This document shows positions 1 to 8,592 of a stretch of 46,692 nucleotides of DNA, piece by piece. The DNA comes from Nostocoides sp. (GTDB lineage Bacteria; Actinomycetota; Actinomycetes; Actinomycetales; Dermatophilaceae). The stretch is taken from assembly GCA_025929465.1 (NCBI GenBank), contig JAICMC010000001.1:1-46692 (forward strand), given 5' to 3'. Each line of letters starts with the position of its first letter. Position 1 is the stretch's first letter. The notes beneath the pieces are model-generated. The model had not been told where the DNA came from, did no database searches, and worked only from the letters and a program-made list of their open reading frames with translations. The position numbers and the translations under genes are program-made.

Positions 1-130
1 GGAGCGAGCGCGCACCCGGCGCGACGGACACGTCGGCGCTGCCGGGCGTCGTCGAGCGCAGCTCGGCGAGCAGGGCGGAGACAGTGGGGTCGTTGGCGAA
101 GGCGTCAACGAGCGGGGCAAGATGCGGCAT
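1..130 (-). CDS. mfd: 5' fragment of probable transcription-repair coupling factor Mfd (runs off window start)
   Basis: Not in the ORF track. Read manually from ATG at 130: MPHLAPLVDAFANDPTVSALLAELRSTTPGSADVSVAPGARSL, open to the window edge. TAGAGT -10-like box at 139-144. Identity rests mainly on the usual actinobacterial pth...mfd order plus loose N-terminal resemblance. Confidence 0.55.
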   Translation of the reverse strand, partial: MPHLAPLVDAFANDPTVSALLAELRSTTPGSADVSVAPGARSL

Positions 131-280
131 CGACCACAACTCTAGTTCGCCCCGCGGACATCCCCGACGCGCCCGGACTGCCCCGGTCCAGAGGGGTCGG
201 GGCTCTCGAGCGCGGTACCGCCGGCCACCCTGTCCGGACAAGCGGACGCGCCCGCACGCTGGCTCAACTACCCTTGTCGG

Positions 281-1738
281 GTGCCATCGACACAGGGGGA
301 CACTCCGTCAGGCGCCGTCGACACGATCTCGGCGGCGCCTCCCCACGTACCCGTCGACGCCCGGGGAGCCACCCTGGTCCTCTCCGCTCGGGCAGTCCGT
401 GACCTCGAGCTGGTCCTGCTGGGTCTGCTGCCTGCGGGGCAGGTGCTCGGTGAGACCGTCACCGCCTCCGCGGACGGGGAGCTCACCGGCGTGCGTCTCG
501 GCGCCGCCCAGGCGGGTCCGGAGCGGACAGCCGGTCTGGTGCTCGTCGACGAGGAGCAGACACCGCTCGGCGAGCTGGTGGGACCCCTTGTCACCGTCAC
601 CGGCGCCGACGGTGCCCCGGACCCGGTGTCAGCCGACACTGCCTACCCGGCGCTGCCGGTCGTCCGCGGCCGGCTCGTCGCGCGTCGCCGCCGGGAGAGC
701 GGCGCGGGGCGCGACCGTGCCCTCTCCCCCGCCGACCTCGAGTCGCCCTGGAGCGACGTGGTCGTGCTGTCCCGGCCGGTCACCGTGGCCGACGACCTCA
801 CCGGATCCGGCCCGGCGACCCTGGTCCTCGTCCCCGACCACCCGTCCGTCACCGACGGGGTGCCCGCGGCCACGATGCTGGCGCTCGGCGACGGTCTGGC
901 CGCCCGGCTCGGGGGTGCCACCGTGCGCAGCGCCCCGATCAGCTGGCGCGACCCGGACAGCGACGCCCTCCTTCTCGAGGCGCTCCGCGACGGGTTCACC
1001 GGCATCCGCGGCGCCGGCGGCCTGCGCCTGCTCCGCGCCGGCGACGGCAGTGCCGGCGCGGATGCCTGGCGCACAGCCCGCGCGCACCTGGACGAGCCCG
1101 GCCCGGCCGACGTCACGCACGCCCAGGTCCTCGCGCCCGAGGACCTGGCCAGGATCGAGGCCTGGCGCCCACCGCGAGCCCGTCGCGGGCTGGTCCTGCT
1201 GTTCTCCGGACTCTCCGGCTCGGGCAAGTCGACCGTCGCCCGCGCCCTCGCCGGCCGGATCGCGGAGGAGACCACCCGCACCGTCAGCCTGCTCGACGGT
1301 GATGTCGTCCGTCAGCTGCTCTCCTCGGGCCTGGGGTTCGACCGCGAGTCCCGGCTGGTCAACCTGCGCCGGATCGGCTACGTCGCCGCCGAGGTGGCCC
1401 GGCACGGCGGCATCGCCATCTGCGCGCCCATCGCGCCGTATGCCGCGATCCGCGCCGAGCTGCGCGCGATGGCCGAGCAGGCCGGTGCCGACTTCGTCCT
1501 CGTGCACGTGTCGACCCCGCTCGCCGAGTGCGAGCGCCGCGACCTCAAGGGCCTGTACGCCAAGGCCCGCGCTGGACTGATCCCGGAGTTCACCGGGATC
1601 TCCGACCCCTACGAGACACCCGAGGACGCCGACCTTCGCGTCGACACGTCGACGATGGACGTCGCCGAGGCGACGGGCGCCGTCTTCGACCACCTCCTCC
1701 GAGGTGGCTGGATCACCGGAGCAACGCATGCACATTGA
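281..1738 (+). CDS. cysC: Adenylyl-sulfate (APS) kinase with a degenerate N-terminal Sat-like domain
   Basis: C-terminal ~185 aa carry P-loop GLSGSGKST, LLDGDVVR, LGFDRESR, CERRDLKGLY and FTGISDPYE. N-terminal RDLELVLLGLLP resembles the Sat DLELL motif. GTG start 6 nt after TACCCT. Confidence 0.9.
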   Translation: MPSTQGDTPSGAVDTISAAPPHVPVDARGATLVLSARAVRDLELVLLGLLPAGQVLGETVTASADGELTGVRLGAAQAGPERTAGLVLVDEEQTPLGELVGPLVTVTGADGAPDPVSADTAYPALPVVRGRLVARRRRESGAGRDRALSPADLESPWSDVVVLSRPVTVADDLTGSGPATLVLVPDHPSVTDGVPAATMLALGDGLAARLGGATVRSAPISWRDPDSDALLLEALRDGFTGIRGAGGLRLLRAGDGSAGADAWRTARAHLDEPGPADVTHAQVLAPEDLARIEAWRPPRARRGLVLLFSGLSGSGKSTVARALAGRIAEETTRTVSLLDGDVVRQLLSSGLGFDRESRLVNLRRIGYVAAEVARHGGIAICAPIAPYAAIRAELRAMAEQAGADFVLVHVSTPLAECERRDLKGLYAKARAGLIPEFTGISDPYETPEDADLRVDTSTMDVAEATGAVFDHLLRGGWITGATHAH

Positions 1739-2696
1739 CCTCCTGCTCACCCTGGCCTGCTTCGGCATCGGCATCGTGGTGGGCCTCACCGGCATGGGCG
1801 GTGGGGCGCTCATGACACCGGTCCTCGTGCTCTTCTTCGGCATCCCCCCGCTCACTGCGGTGTCGAGCGACCTCGTCGCGGCGGCCGTCATGAAGCCGGT
1901 CGGCTCCTGGGTGCACCTGCGACGGGGCACGGTCAACCTCGACCTGGTCAAGTGGCTCTGCGTCGGCTCGATCCCCTCGGCCTTCGCCGGTGTCTTCTTC
2001 ATCAAGCTGCTGGGTGAGGGCCAGCAGGTCCAGGTGATCACCCAGCGGGCGCTCGGCGTCGCGCTGCTGGTCGCCGCCCTGGGACTGGCGGTCCGCGCCT
2101 ACCTGCGTCTCATCGAGCGGGCCAGACGACGCAACGGCCGTCTGCCCCCGCTGCCGACCGACCGGCCCGCCGTCGTCGTTCGCAAGGTTCCCACCATCGC
2201 GCTCGGCGTGGCGGGCGGCGTCATCGTCGGCATGACCTCGGTGGGCTCGGGGTCGCTCATCATCATCGCCCTGATGGCCCTGTACCCCACCCTCAAGGCC
2301 AACCAGCTCGTGGGCACCGACCTGGTCCAGGCCGTGCCACTGGTCGCCTCAGCAGCGCTGGCCCACATCCTCTTCGGCGACTTCAAGCTCTCACTCACCG
2401 CCTCGCTGCTGCTCGGCAGCGTCCCGGGCGTCTTCCTGGGTGCCCAGCTGTCCTCCCGGGCACCCGGCGGGCTCGTTCGTCGAGCCCTCGCCTTCGTCCT
2501 GCTGGCCTCGTCCCTGAAGCTCTTCGAGATCCCGAACACCCAGACGGCATACATCCTGGTCGCCGCCCTGCTCGTCGCACCCGTCGTCTGGATGGTCGTC
2601 CGACGCCGCCACGGCCTGCCGGCCCTGGCCTCACGACGCGGTAGCCCAGCGGGTCGGCGCGAGGCGGCGACCTCGGCCCCCAGCCCACCGGACTGA
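1728..2696 (+). CDS. TauE/SafE (TSUP) family sulfur-compound transporter
   Basis: GLTGMGGGALMTP and GMTSVGSGSL duplicated Gly-rich motifs, VGTDL, about 9 hydrophobic segments. ATG 1728 with GGAG SD overlaps the cysC 3' end. Confidence 0.88.
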   Translation: MHIDLLLTLACFGIGIVVGLTGMGGGALMTPVLVLFFGIPPLTAVSSDLVAAAVMKPVGSWVHLRRGTVNLDLVKWLCVGSIPSAFAGVFFIKLLGEGQQVQVITQRALGVALLVAALGLAVRAYLRLIERARRRNGRLPPLPTDRPAVVVRKVPTIALGVAGGVIVGMTSVGSGSLIIIALMALYPTLKANQLVGTDLVQAVPLVASAALAHILFGDFKLSLTASLLLGSVPGVFLGAQLSSRAPGGLVRRALAFVLLASSLKLFEIPNTQTAYILVAALLVAPVVWMVVRRRHGLPALASRRGSPAGRREAATSAPSPPD

Positions 2697-2749
2697 CGCC
2701 GGCGCTGGCCGGGCGGCGCACCCGACCCCGACCCCCGGCCCTGAACGCC

Positions 2750-2785
2750 GTGATCCGCCTCCCCGTTGCCGAGGAGGCGGATCAC
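2750..2785. terminator. 13-bp perfect hairpin between convergent genes (a weaker hairpin follows at ~2794-2827)
   Basis: GTGATCCGCCTCC-N10-GGAGGCGGATCAC. Confidence 0.7.
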
Positions 2786-2884
2786 TTGACGGCGGTGCCT
2801 CCCGACTCCCCAGAAGGGAGGTCACCCCCGCGACCCCCAGCCCCGCCGAATGCGAGGTCAGGGCCGTTCAACTGGTCGTGCTGG

Positions 2885-5800
2885 TCATCCCGCCTTCAGC
2901 ACGAAGCTCGCCGTGATCCCCTTGACGCTCGTCGTGTTCGCCGTAGCCGTGAGGCCACCATACGGGACCTGGGCCACGACCGCAGCGGAGTCGGCCAGGA
3001 CCTGGGTGATGGCCCCACCACCACCACCGACGAGGGTGGAGCGGGGGGTCACCTCCGCGGGCGTGCTCCATGACGAGGCGGCCAGGTTCGCCTTGTCCTG
3101 CCACAGGCTGAGCACCCACGACCCCGCGGTTGCGACCGTGACCTGGGGCGTGACGTGGGCCGACGTACCGCTGTCCAGAGCGTCGGCAGCGGCGGCGAGC
3201 GGGCTCACCGGATCGGTGCCCGAGTAGGCGAGCAGCGCCGCCGAGATCTTGCCCGACTGGCTGAAGGGCACGCTGACCGAGGTCCCGGCGTCACCGGCCT
3301 CGGCGACCCGCGAGTAGACCTTGGTGACCATCGCCGACCCGTTCCTGACGGTCCGCGCGAGCGTCCAGCCGGCGGGGTCCACCGAGGTGGCCGCTCCGTT
3401 GTTGCACGAGGTCACCAGGACCAGACCGTCCCCGGGTTGCACGGTCGACGGCTCGACGAGGGTGACGTCGGCCGCCTGCACCATCGTCTGGGTCCCGTCG
3501 CGATAGGCGATCGTCGCCGGCGTCGGTGTCGGGTCGGCCTCGTGGGTGAGGGAGGAGGCCGCCCCCTCGTTGTCGGTCACGGTGAGCCTGACCTGGCGCG
3601 TCCCCGCCGCGGCATACACATGGCTTGCGGTCGGCACGGTGCCGCTCGCGGTCTGGCCGTCGCCGTAGTCCCACGCATAGCTGACCAGGCTGCCGTCGGG
3701 GTCGCTGGAGGCGGACCCGTCGAAGGAGCAGGTGAGCGTCGTCGCTGGGCAGTCGACCGTGAACGAGGCCGTCGGCTGCTGGTTGAGGCGCACGGGGTTG
3801 GCGGCCAGGACGAGGGTGGCCGTGGCACCCTTCAGGCTCGTGGAGCTGGTCGTGGCGGTGAGGCTGCCGTAGGAGGCACCGGTGGCGACCGGCGCTGCGG
3901 AGTCGGCCAGCACCTGGGTGATGGCCCCACCCCCACCCCCCACCACGGTGGAGCGGGTGGCGGTCTGGTCCGGGGTGGTCCACACCGACGTGGCCACGTT
4001 GGCCTTGTCCTCCCAGAGGCTGAGCACCCAGCTGCCGGGCGTCCCGACGACGGTCTCGGGCGTGACGTGCGAGGAGGTGGCCGAGTCGACGGCACCGGCC
4101 GACGCGCCGATCGGGTTGACCAGGTCGGTGCCCTGGTAGGCGAGCACGGCGGCGGTGATCTTGCCGGTGGCGCTGAACGGGATGGTCACGGCCGAGCCGG
4201 CGTCGTCAGCCCTCGCCACCCGCGAGTAGACCTTGGTGACCAGAGCGGTCCCGTTGGTGATCGTGCGCGCCAACGTCCAGCCCGCCGGGTCGGTCGAGCT
4301 GGCCGAACCGACGTTGATCGACTGCACGAGCACGAGCCCGTCGCCGGCGCGGGCCTGGGCAGGCACGGTGACCGTGATGGTGTTCGTGCCGGTCACCTGG
4401 CCCTGGGAGGCACCCCGGAAGGCGATGGTGGCCGGGACAGCCGTCGGGTCGGCCGTCCTGGAGACCACCGTCGAGGCGCCACCGTTGTCGGTCACGGTCA
4501 GCGTGACCTGTCGCGGCCCCACGCCGGCATACGTGTGGTGGACGGTCGGGCCCGCGTCAGCGGCCACCTGACCGTCGCCGAAGTCCCAGTCGTACCGCGC
4601 GATGGTGCCGTCGGGGTCCCGCGACGCGGACCCGTCGAACGAGCACGACAGCGTCGTCTCCGGGCAGCTGACGGTGAATGCGGAGACCGGCGCCTGGTTC
4701 GGGGAGTCGGTTGCCAGCAGGAGCGAGCGTGCGGCCCAGATGCTGTGGTTGTCCACGAGGGTCGGGGTACCGGTCGCCTTGGTGCCGTCCCAGGTCAGCG
4801 AGTACAGCGCGCCGCTGGTGCGGCTGGCGTAGTACAGGGTGTTGCCGGTCACGAAGGCACCGGCCACGTCGGTCCAGGAGCGACCGTCGACGACCGTCAC
4901 CTGGGCGGCCATGACGCCCGACTCCGGCACGAACAGCCGCGAGTACATCGACGGCTGACCGGACAGGGTGTAGTAGATCCGGTGGTTCGCGTAGAACATC
5001 GAGGTGACGCTGGAGAACTGTCCGTAGAGGTTCGGGACGACCCCGCGATAGGTCTGGGTGGTCCCCGACCCGCTGTCGACCGTGCTCCAGAACGGGTCGT
5101 TGTACGGGTCCACCTTCACCTCCGGCCCGAAGCTCGTCCCGTCGAAGGTGCGCGAGTCGAACGTGGAGTCGGTCTTGCCGTAGAACAGGGTCGAGCCCAC
5201 GAGGAAGGCACCCCGCGTCGTGGCCCAGTCCATCGTGGTGCTGTCGGTGCTGACGAGCGAACCGATCGAGGCGGCACTCGTCGCATGGACCGACCGCACA
5301 GCGTGCGGGTCGGGCGAGCCCGGCGGCACCGGGTCGGTCTGGACGATCTCGATCGCGTTGACCATCGGGTTGTTCACCTCATGGCCGAAGTCGATGTTGA
5401 TGGTCCCGTCGCTCACCGCGGAGAACTGGCGCATCGTGCCACGGTTGTTGCCGGTGGCGGCGACGATGTCGAAGTTGGACAGCACCTGGGTGCCTTCGAT
5501 GGCGACGTCGAACTTCCGGGAGCCGACGCCGGCCGTGCTGCTGGCCCGGTTGGCGAAGTAGAGGCGCACGGTGACCCTCGTCCCGGAGGCGACCGGGAAG
5601 GCCCACTTCAGCTCAGCGCCGTCGTTCTTGGTGCCCGGGTCCCAGCGCTCGGTGTTGAACAAGGTCGTGGGCGTGCCGACGGGGATCGTGCTGTCCAGGC
5701 CGGCCGTCCCGGTGTACGTCGAGATGGAGCTGCCGGAGTTGCGGTATGCCGACGGCTCGGTGTTGTCAGCGGCCCAGGTGGGTCCCCCGTCGGTCGCCGT

Positions 5801-7249
5801 CACGGCCGGTCCGGCGGTGTTGAGGCGGTAGAGCACGTCGTAGCGGGTCGTGGCATCCAGTCCGCCCACCGCCATCAGCCGCCCGGGGAAGGTGCCGGAG
5901 GTGTCCGGCGGGATGGCGGTTCCCGAGGCGATCGGGAAGAAGGCGACCCGCCCCGGGTGGTAGTGGTAGTCGCCGACGTAGTCGGTGTCGCTCCCGACGT
6001 AGAGGCCGTTGTCCGCGACGAGGAGGGCGAACGTGCCGGCTCCGCGAGGGTTGCGCCCGGGGTTCCACGACATGGGTACGCCGGTGGACGGGTCGAGGGC
6101 GGCCACCCCGGGCCGGGGGACCGAGCCCTCCTTGGCGTTGTCCCCGCCGAGCGGGTTGTTCAGCCACCGCTGGTGCCCGCCGACGTAGACCGAGGCGCCG
6201 GAGATGGCCACCGACAGCAGGGTGTCACGGCCGGTGAGGTCGACCCAGGTGGGCATGACGCTCGTGCCGGTGCCGCTGAGCTCCCAGCGCGAGGCGGAGT
6301 CGCAGAGCGCCTTGCTGCCGTCGACGTTGCTCGTGGCGTTGCCGCCGGTCGCGGCGACCACGAAGTAGGTGCCCGTCGGGTCGATGTCGACGTCACGCAC
6401 CCACGAGTCGAACGCGTTGGTCGAGCACTGTCCGGTGAACTGCAGGGTGCGCCAGCTGCGGTTGATCGACGCCGATCCCGGGGCGAGGTCGAGCAGGGCC
6501 ACCTGGTCGCGGTCGACCGTTCCGGAGGCGTCGGTGACGGAGGTGAAGTTGCCGATGACGACCATCTGCCGTCCGTTGGGGCTGAGCACGATCTTCTTGG
6601 GGGACAGCTCGGCTCGCGCGAGGCCGGTGCCGTGCCGGCCGGCGAAGCCGACGTTGAACCAGGGCAGGTCCTTGCCGGTGACCGGGTCCAGTGCCGCCAT
6701 CTCGGCGTGCGCGTTGCCGCCGGACTTGGTGAACGAGCCGGCCAGGTAGAGAACGCCGTCCCCGAGCGCCACCGAGGCGGTGATCTTGTTGACCGAGCCC
6801 TTCCAGCCCGGCGTGATCGCACCGGTCGCCGCGTCGAGCCGGACGATGCGGGTCGAGACGCCGTTGACCATGGTGAAGCTGCCGACGGCGTAGACGCTGT
6901 CGCCGGGACCGGCGATGATCTGGGCGACCTCACCGTTGACCTGGGGGACGAACGTCTGGTCGACCAGGCCGGTCGTGGCGTCGAAGGCCAGGATGTTGGC
7001 GCGCGCGATCGGGGTGTCGGAGTCCGGGTTCCGCACCGACGTGAAGGTCCCGCCGAGGTAGACCCGGTTGCCGACCTTGGCGATCGTCTCGACGATGCCG
7101 TCGTCGACGTTCGGGGTGAACTTCGAGGGCAGCGCGTCGACGAGGGCGGTCTGGGTGACCGCGGCGCCCGCTGTCGGCAGGACCACCGTCGTCGCCAGGG
7201 CGGTGACGCCGACCAGCAGGGTGCGCCAGGCGCGGGATGCAGTACGCAT
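2885..7249 (-). CDS. Large secreted protein: beta-propeller-like region, malectin-like domain, two (PKD + ~200-aa domain) units
   Basis: Signal peptide MRTASRAWRTLLVGVTALATTVVLPTAGA. Malectin-like LYRLNTAG..ERW..VRLYFA..RKFDVAIEG..NFDI..NAIEI. PKD motifs SFDGSAS.DPDG..WD[FY]GDG twice. Start taken as ATG 7249 (GGGAA upstream) rather than 7279. Confidence 0.8.
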   Translation of the reverse strand: MRTASRAWRTLLVGVTALATTVVLPTAGAAVTQTALVDALPSKFTPNVDDGIVETIAKVGNRVYLGGTFTSVRNPDSDTPIARANILAFDATTGLVDQTFVPQVNGEVAQIIAGPGDSVYAVGSFTMVNGVSTRIVRLDAATGAITPGWKGSVNKITASVALGDGVLYLAGSFTKSGGNAHAEMAALDPVTGKDLPWFNVGFAGRHGTGLARAELSPKKIVLSPNGRQMVVIGNFTSVTDASGTVDRDQVALLDLAPGSASINRSWRTLQFTGQCSTNAFDSWVRDVDIDPTGTYFVVAATGGNATSNVDGSKALCDSASRWELSGTGTSVMPTWVDLTGRDTLLSVAISGASVYVGGHQRWLNNPLGGDNAKEGSVPRPGVAALDPSTGVPMSWNPGRNPRGAGTFALLVADNGLYVGSDTDYVGDYHYHPGRVAFFPIASGTAIPPDTSGTFPGRLMAVGGLDATTRYDVLYRLNTAGPAVTATDGGPTWAADNTEPSAYRNSGSSISTYTGTAGLDSTIPVGTPTTLFNTERWDPGTKNDGAELKWAFPVASGTRVTVRLYFANRASSTAGVGSRKFDVAIEGTQVLSNFDIVAATGNNRGTMRQFSAVSDGTINIDFGHEVNNPMVNAIEIVQTDPVPPGSPDPHAVRSVHATSAASIGSLVSTDSTTMDWATTRGAFLVGSTLFYGKTDSTFDSRTFDGTSFGPEVKVDPYNDPFWSTVDSGSGTTQTYRGVVPNLYGQFSSVTSMFYANHRIYYTLSGQPSMYSRLFVPESGVMAAQVTVVDGRSWTDVAGAFVTGNTLYYASRTSGALYSLTWDGTKATGTPTLVDNHSIWAARSLLLATDSPNQAPVSAFTVSCPETTLSCSFDGSASRDPDGTIARYDWDFGDGQVAADAGPTVHHTYAGVGPRQVTLTVTDNGGASTVVSRTADPTAVPATIAFRGASQGQVTGTNTITVTVPAQARAGDGLVLVQSINVGSASSTDPAGWTLARTITNGTALVTKVYSRVARADDAGSAVTIPFSATGKITAAVLAYQGTDLVNPIGASAGAVDSATSSHVTPETVVGTPGSWVLSLWEDKANVATSVWTTPDQTATRSTVVGGGGGAITQVLADSAAPVATGASYGSLTATTSSTSLKGATATLVLAANPVRLNQQPTASFTVDCPATTLTCSFDGSASSDPDGSLVSYAWDYGDGQTASGTVPTASHVYAAAGTRQVRLTVTDNEGAASSLTHEADPTPTPATIAYRDGTQTMVQAADVTLVEPSTVQPGDGLVLVTSCNNGAATSVDPAGWTLARTVRNGSAMVTKVYSRVAEAGDAGTSVSVPFSQSGKISAALLAYSGTDPVSPLAAAADALDSGTSAHVTPQVTVATAGSWVLSLWQDKANLAASSWSTPAEVTPRSTLVGGGGGAITQVLADSAAVVAQVPYGGLTATANTTSVKGITASFVLKAG

Positions 7250-7403
7250 CAGGTTCCCATCTCTGTGCGCCGAGCGCACGTCTGCATGGCACGGCGCATC
7301 GGCCGGCCACCGGGTGTGGATCGTGAGGTGGCCTGGCCGAGCGGCGAGACGGGGTGGAGGAGGGCAGCGACGCCCAGCGCCGGACGAGCGAGGGCGCGTG
7401 CGG

Positions 7404-8219
7404 TCAGGCCGGGACGACCGGACCGGACGGCAGCGCCGACAGGTCCTGGACGTCGTAGCCCCATCGGGCGATGGCGTCGCCGAAGTCCCGCTCGATGCGT
7501 GAGCGGTTGCGTCGGGACAGCGGGCCGCCCGAGCCCATGGCCGCCCACTGCTCCTCGTAGCGGTTGCTGTGGGTGGCCCGCAGGGACCCGCTGTCCAACG
7601 GCGAGGACAGACCGAGCAGGCCCGCCACCGCAGACAGCTGCCCCGCCGGGTCGGAGACGAGGTTCTCGTACCGCATCACGTGGGCCCGGCGCAGGTGCGG
7701 CAGATCGGTCAGGAAGGTCTCGTGCGCTGCCAGCCAGTGCTCCACCAGCTGGTAGAAGGTCGTGTGCATCCGCACGTTGCGGGCCGCCAGGCGTCGCCAC
7801 TTGTGCGTCGACAGCGCCACCACGACCGGGTGCCGGATCACCGCGACGTAGGCCGAGTCCGGGAACAACGCCTGGAGGAACCGCCCCATCACCAGGTTGG
7901 GCGGCGACTTCTCCAGCAGGTGCTGGCGTTCCAGGTCCCAGTAGGGCGACCATTCGCGCAGCAGGACCTCCGCGTTCTCCGGTCGCACGAGCGGAGAGGA
8001 CTCGGTGAGGTGCGAGCGCGGGTCCAGGGCGAACCGCCCGGCGCCGCCATAGGTCTTGGCCTTGGGATAGACGCTCTGCAGGTGCTGACCCTCGTCCTCC
8101 TTGACCCCGGTCCCGGTGAGACCGCTGATCTGCGGATGCTGCCCCATCGTGCGAGCCAGCGGCGTGGTCCCGCTGCGGTGCAGGCCCCCGACGAACACCA
8201 GACGTGCCGACTCGGTCAT
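7404..8219 (-). CDS. PAPS-dependent sulfotransferase (ST1)
   Basis: 5'-PSB loop FVGGLHRSGTT, LEKSP, 3'-PB IRHPVVVALS, RYENLVSDP. ATG 8219 with GGAGGG SD. Confidence 0.88.
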   Translation of the reverse strand: MTESARLVFVGGLHRSGTTPLARTMGQHPQISGLTGTGVKEDEGQHLQSVYPKAKTYGGAGRFALDPRSHLTESSPLVRPENAEVLLREWSPYWDLERQHLLEKSPPNLVMGRFLQALFPDSAYVAVIRHPVVVALSTHKWRRLAARNVRMHTTFYQLVEHWLAAHETFLTDLPHLRRAHVMRYENLVSDPAGQLSAVAGLLGLSSPLDSGSLRATHSNRYEEQWAAMGSGGPLSRRNRSRIERDFGDAIARWGYDVQDLSALPSGPVVPA

Positions 8220-8534
8220 GCTCCCCTCCATCCTGTGACGCGCCAACCCTGCTGGGGACCATTGTGACGGACCGGCGGACGGGGCAGGACCAGCAGGTCC
8301 CCCCCAGGGCGCTCACGGTCGTCCCCGCGTCGCCGGAGGGGTCCGCACGAGGTCAAGGAGGCGACCATGGGACGACCGGCCGGGCTGTGCGCCCTCAGGG
8401 AACGCGGGTTTGCTCATGTTGCCTCGTTGCTGAAGACAAGGACCCGGACCACCGCCGGACGAGGCAAACCTTAAGGTCTTCCTCTGCCATCCCTGGACCG
8501 AAACCGGTGGTTGCGAGCCACCTCCCCCGCAAAT

Positions 8535-8550
8535 CTGGCCGAACGACCGA
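8535..8550. promoter_or_regulatory. Candidate operator (CCG-AA-CG core) upstream of a minus-strand -10 TAAGGT at 8468-8473
   Basis: CTGGCCGAACGACCGA; shares ATCTGGCYGAACG with the site at 31834-31846. Confidence 0.45.
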
Positions 8551-8592
8551 CGAGCCGGTCGCACGTCCGGCGCGACGGGCGAGCTCGTCGAG

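Noticed and set aside
3155-8008. 1617-aa plus-strand ORF
   Set aside because: Antisense shadow of the PKD/malectin and ST1 genes; Arg/Gly-rich with no motifs, as expected in high-GC DNA.
8461-8535. GGCAAACC...GAAA...GCAAA resembling a c-di-GMP-I riboswitch
   Set aside because: The GNRA-capped P2 and GACGCAAA junction are not correctly arranged, and it is on the wrong strand for the downstream gene.
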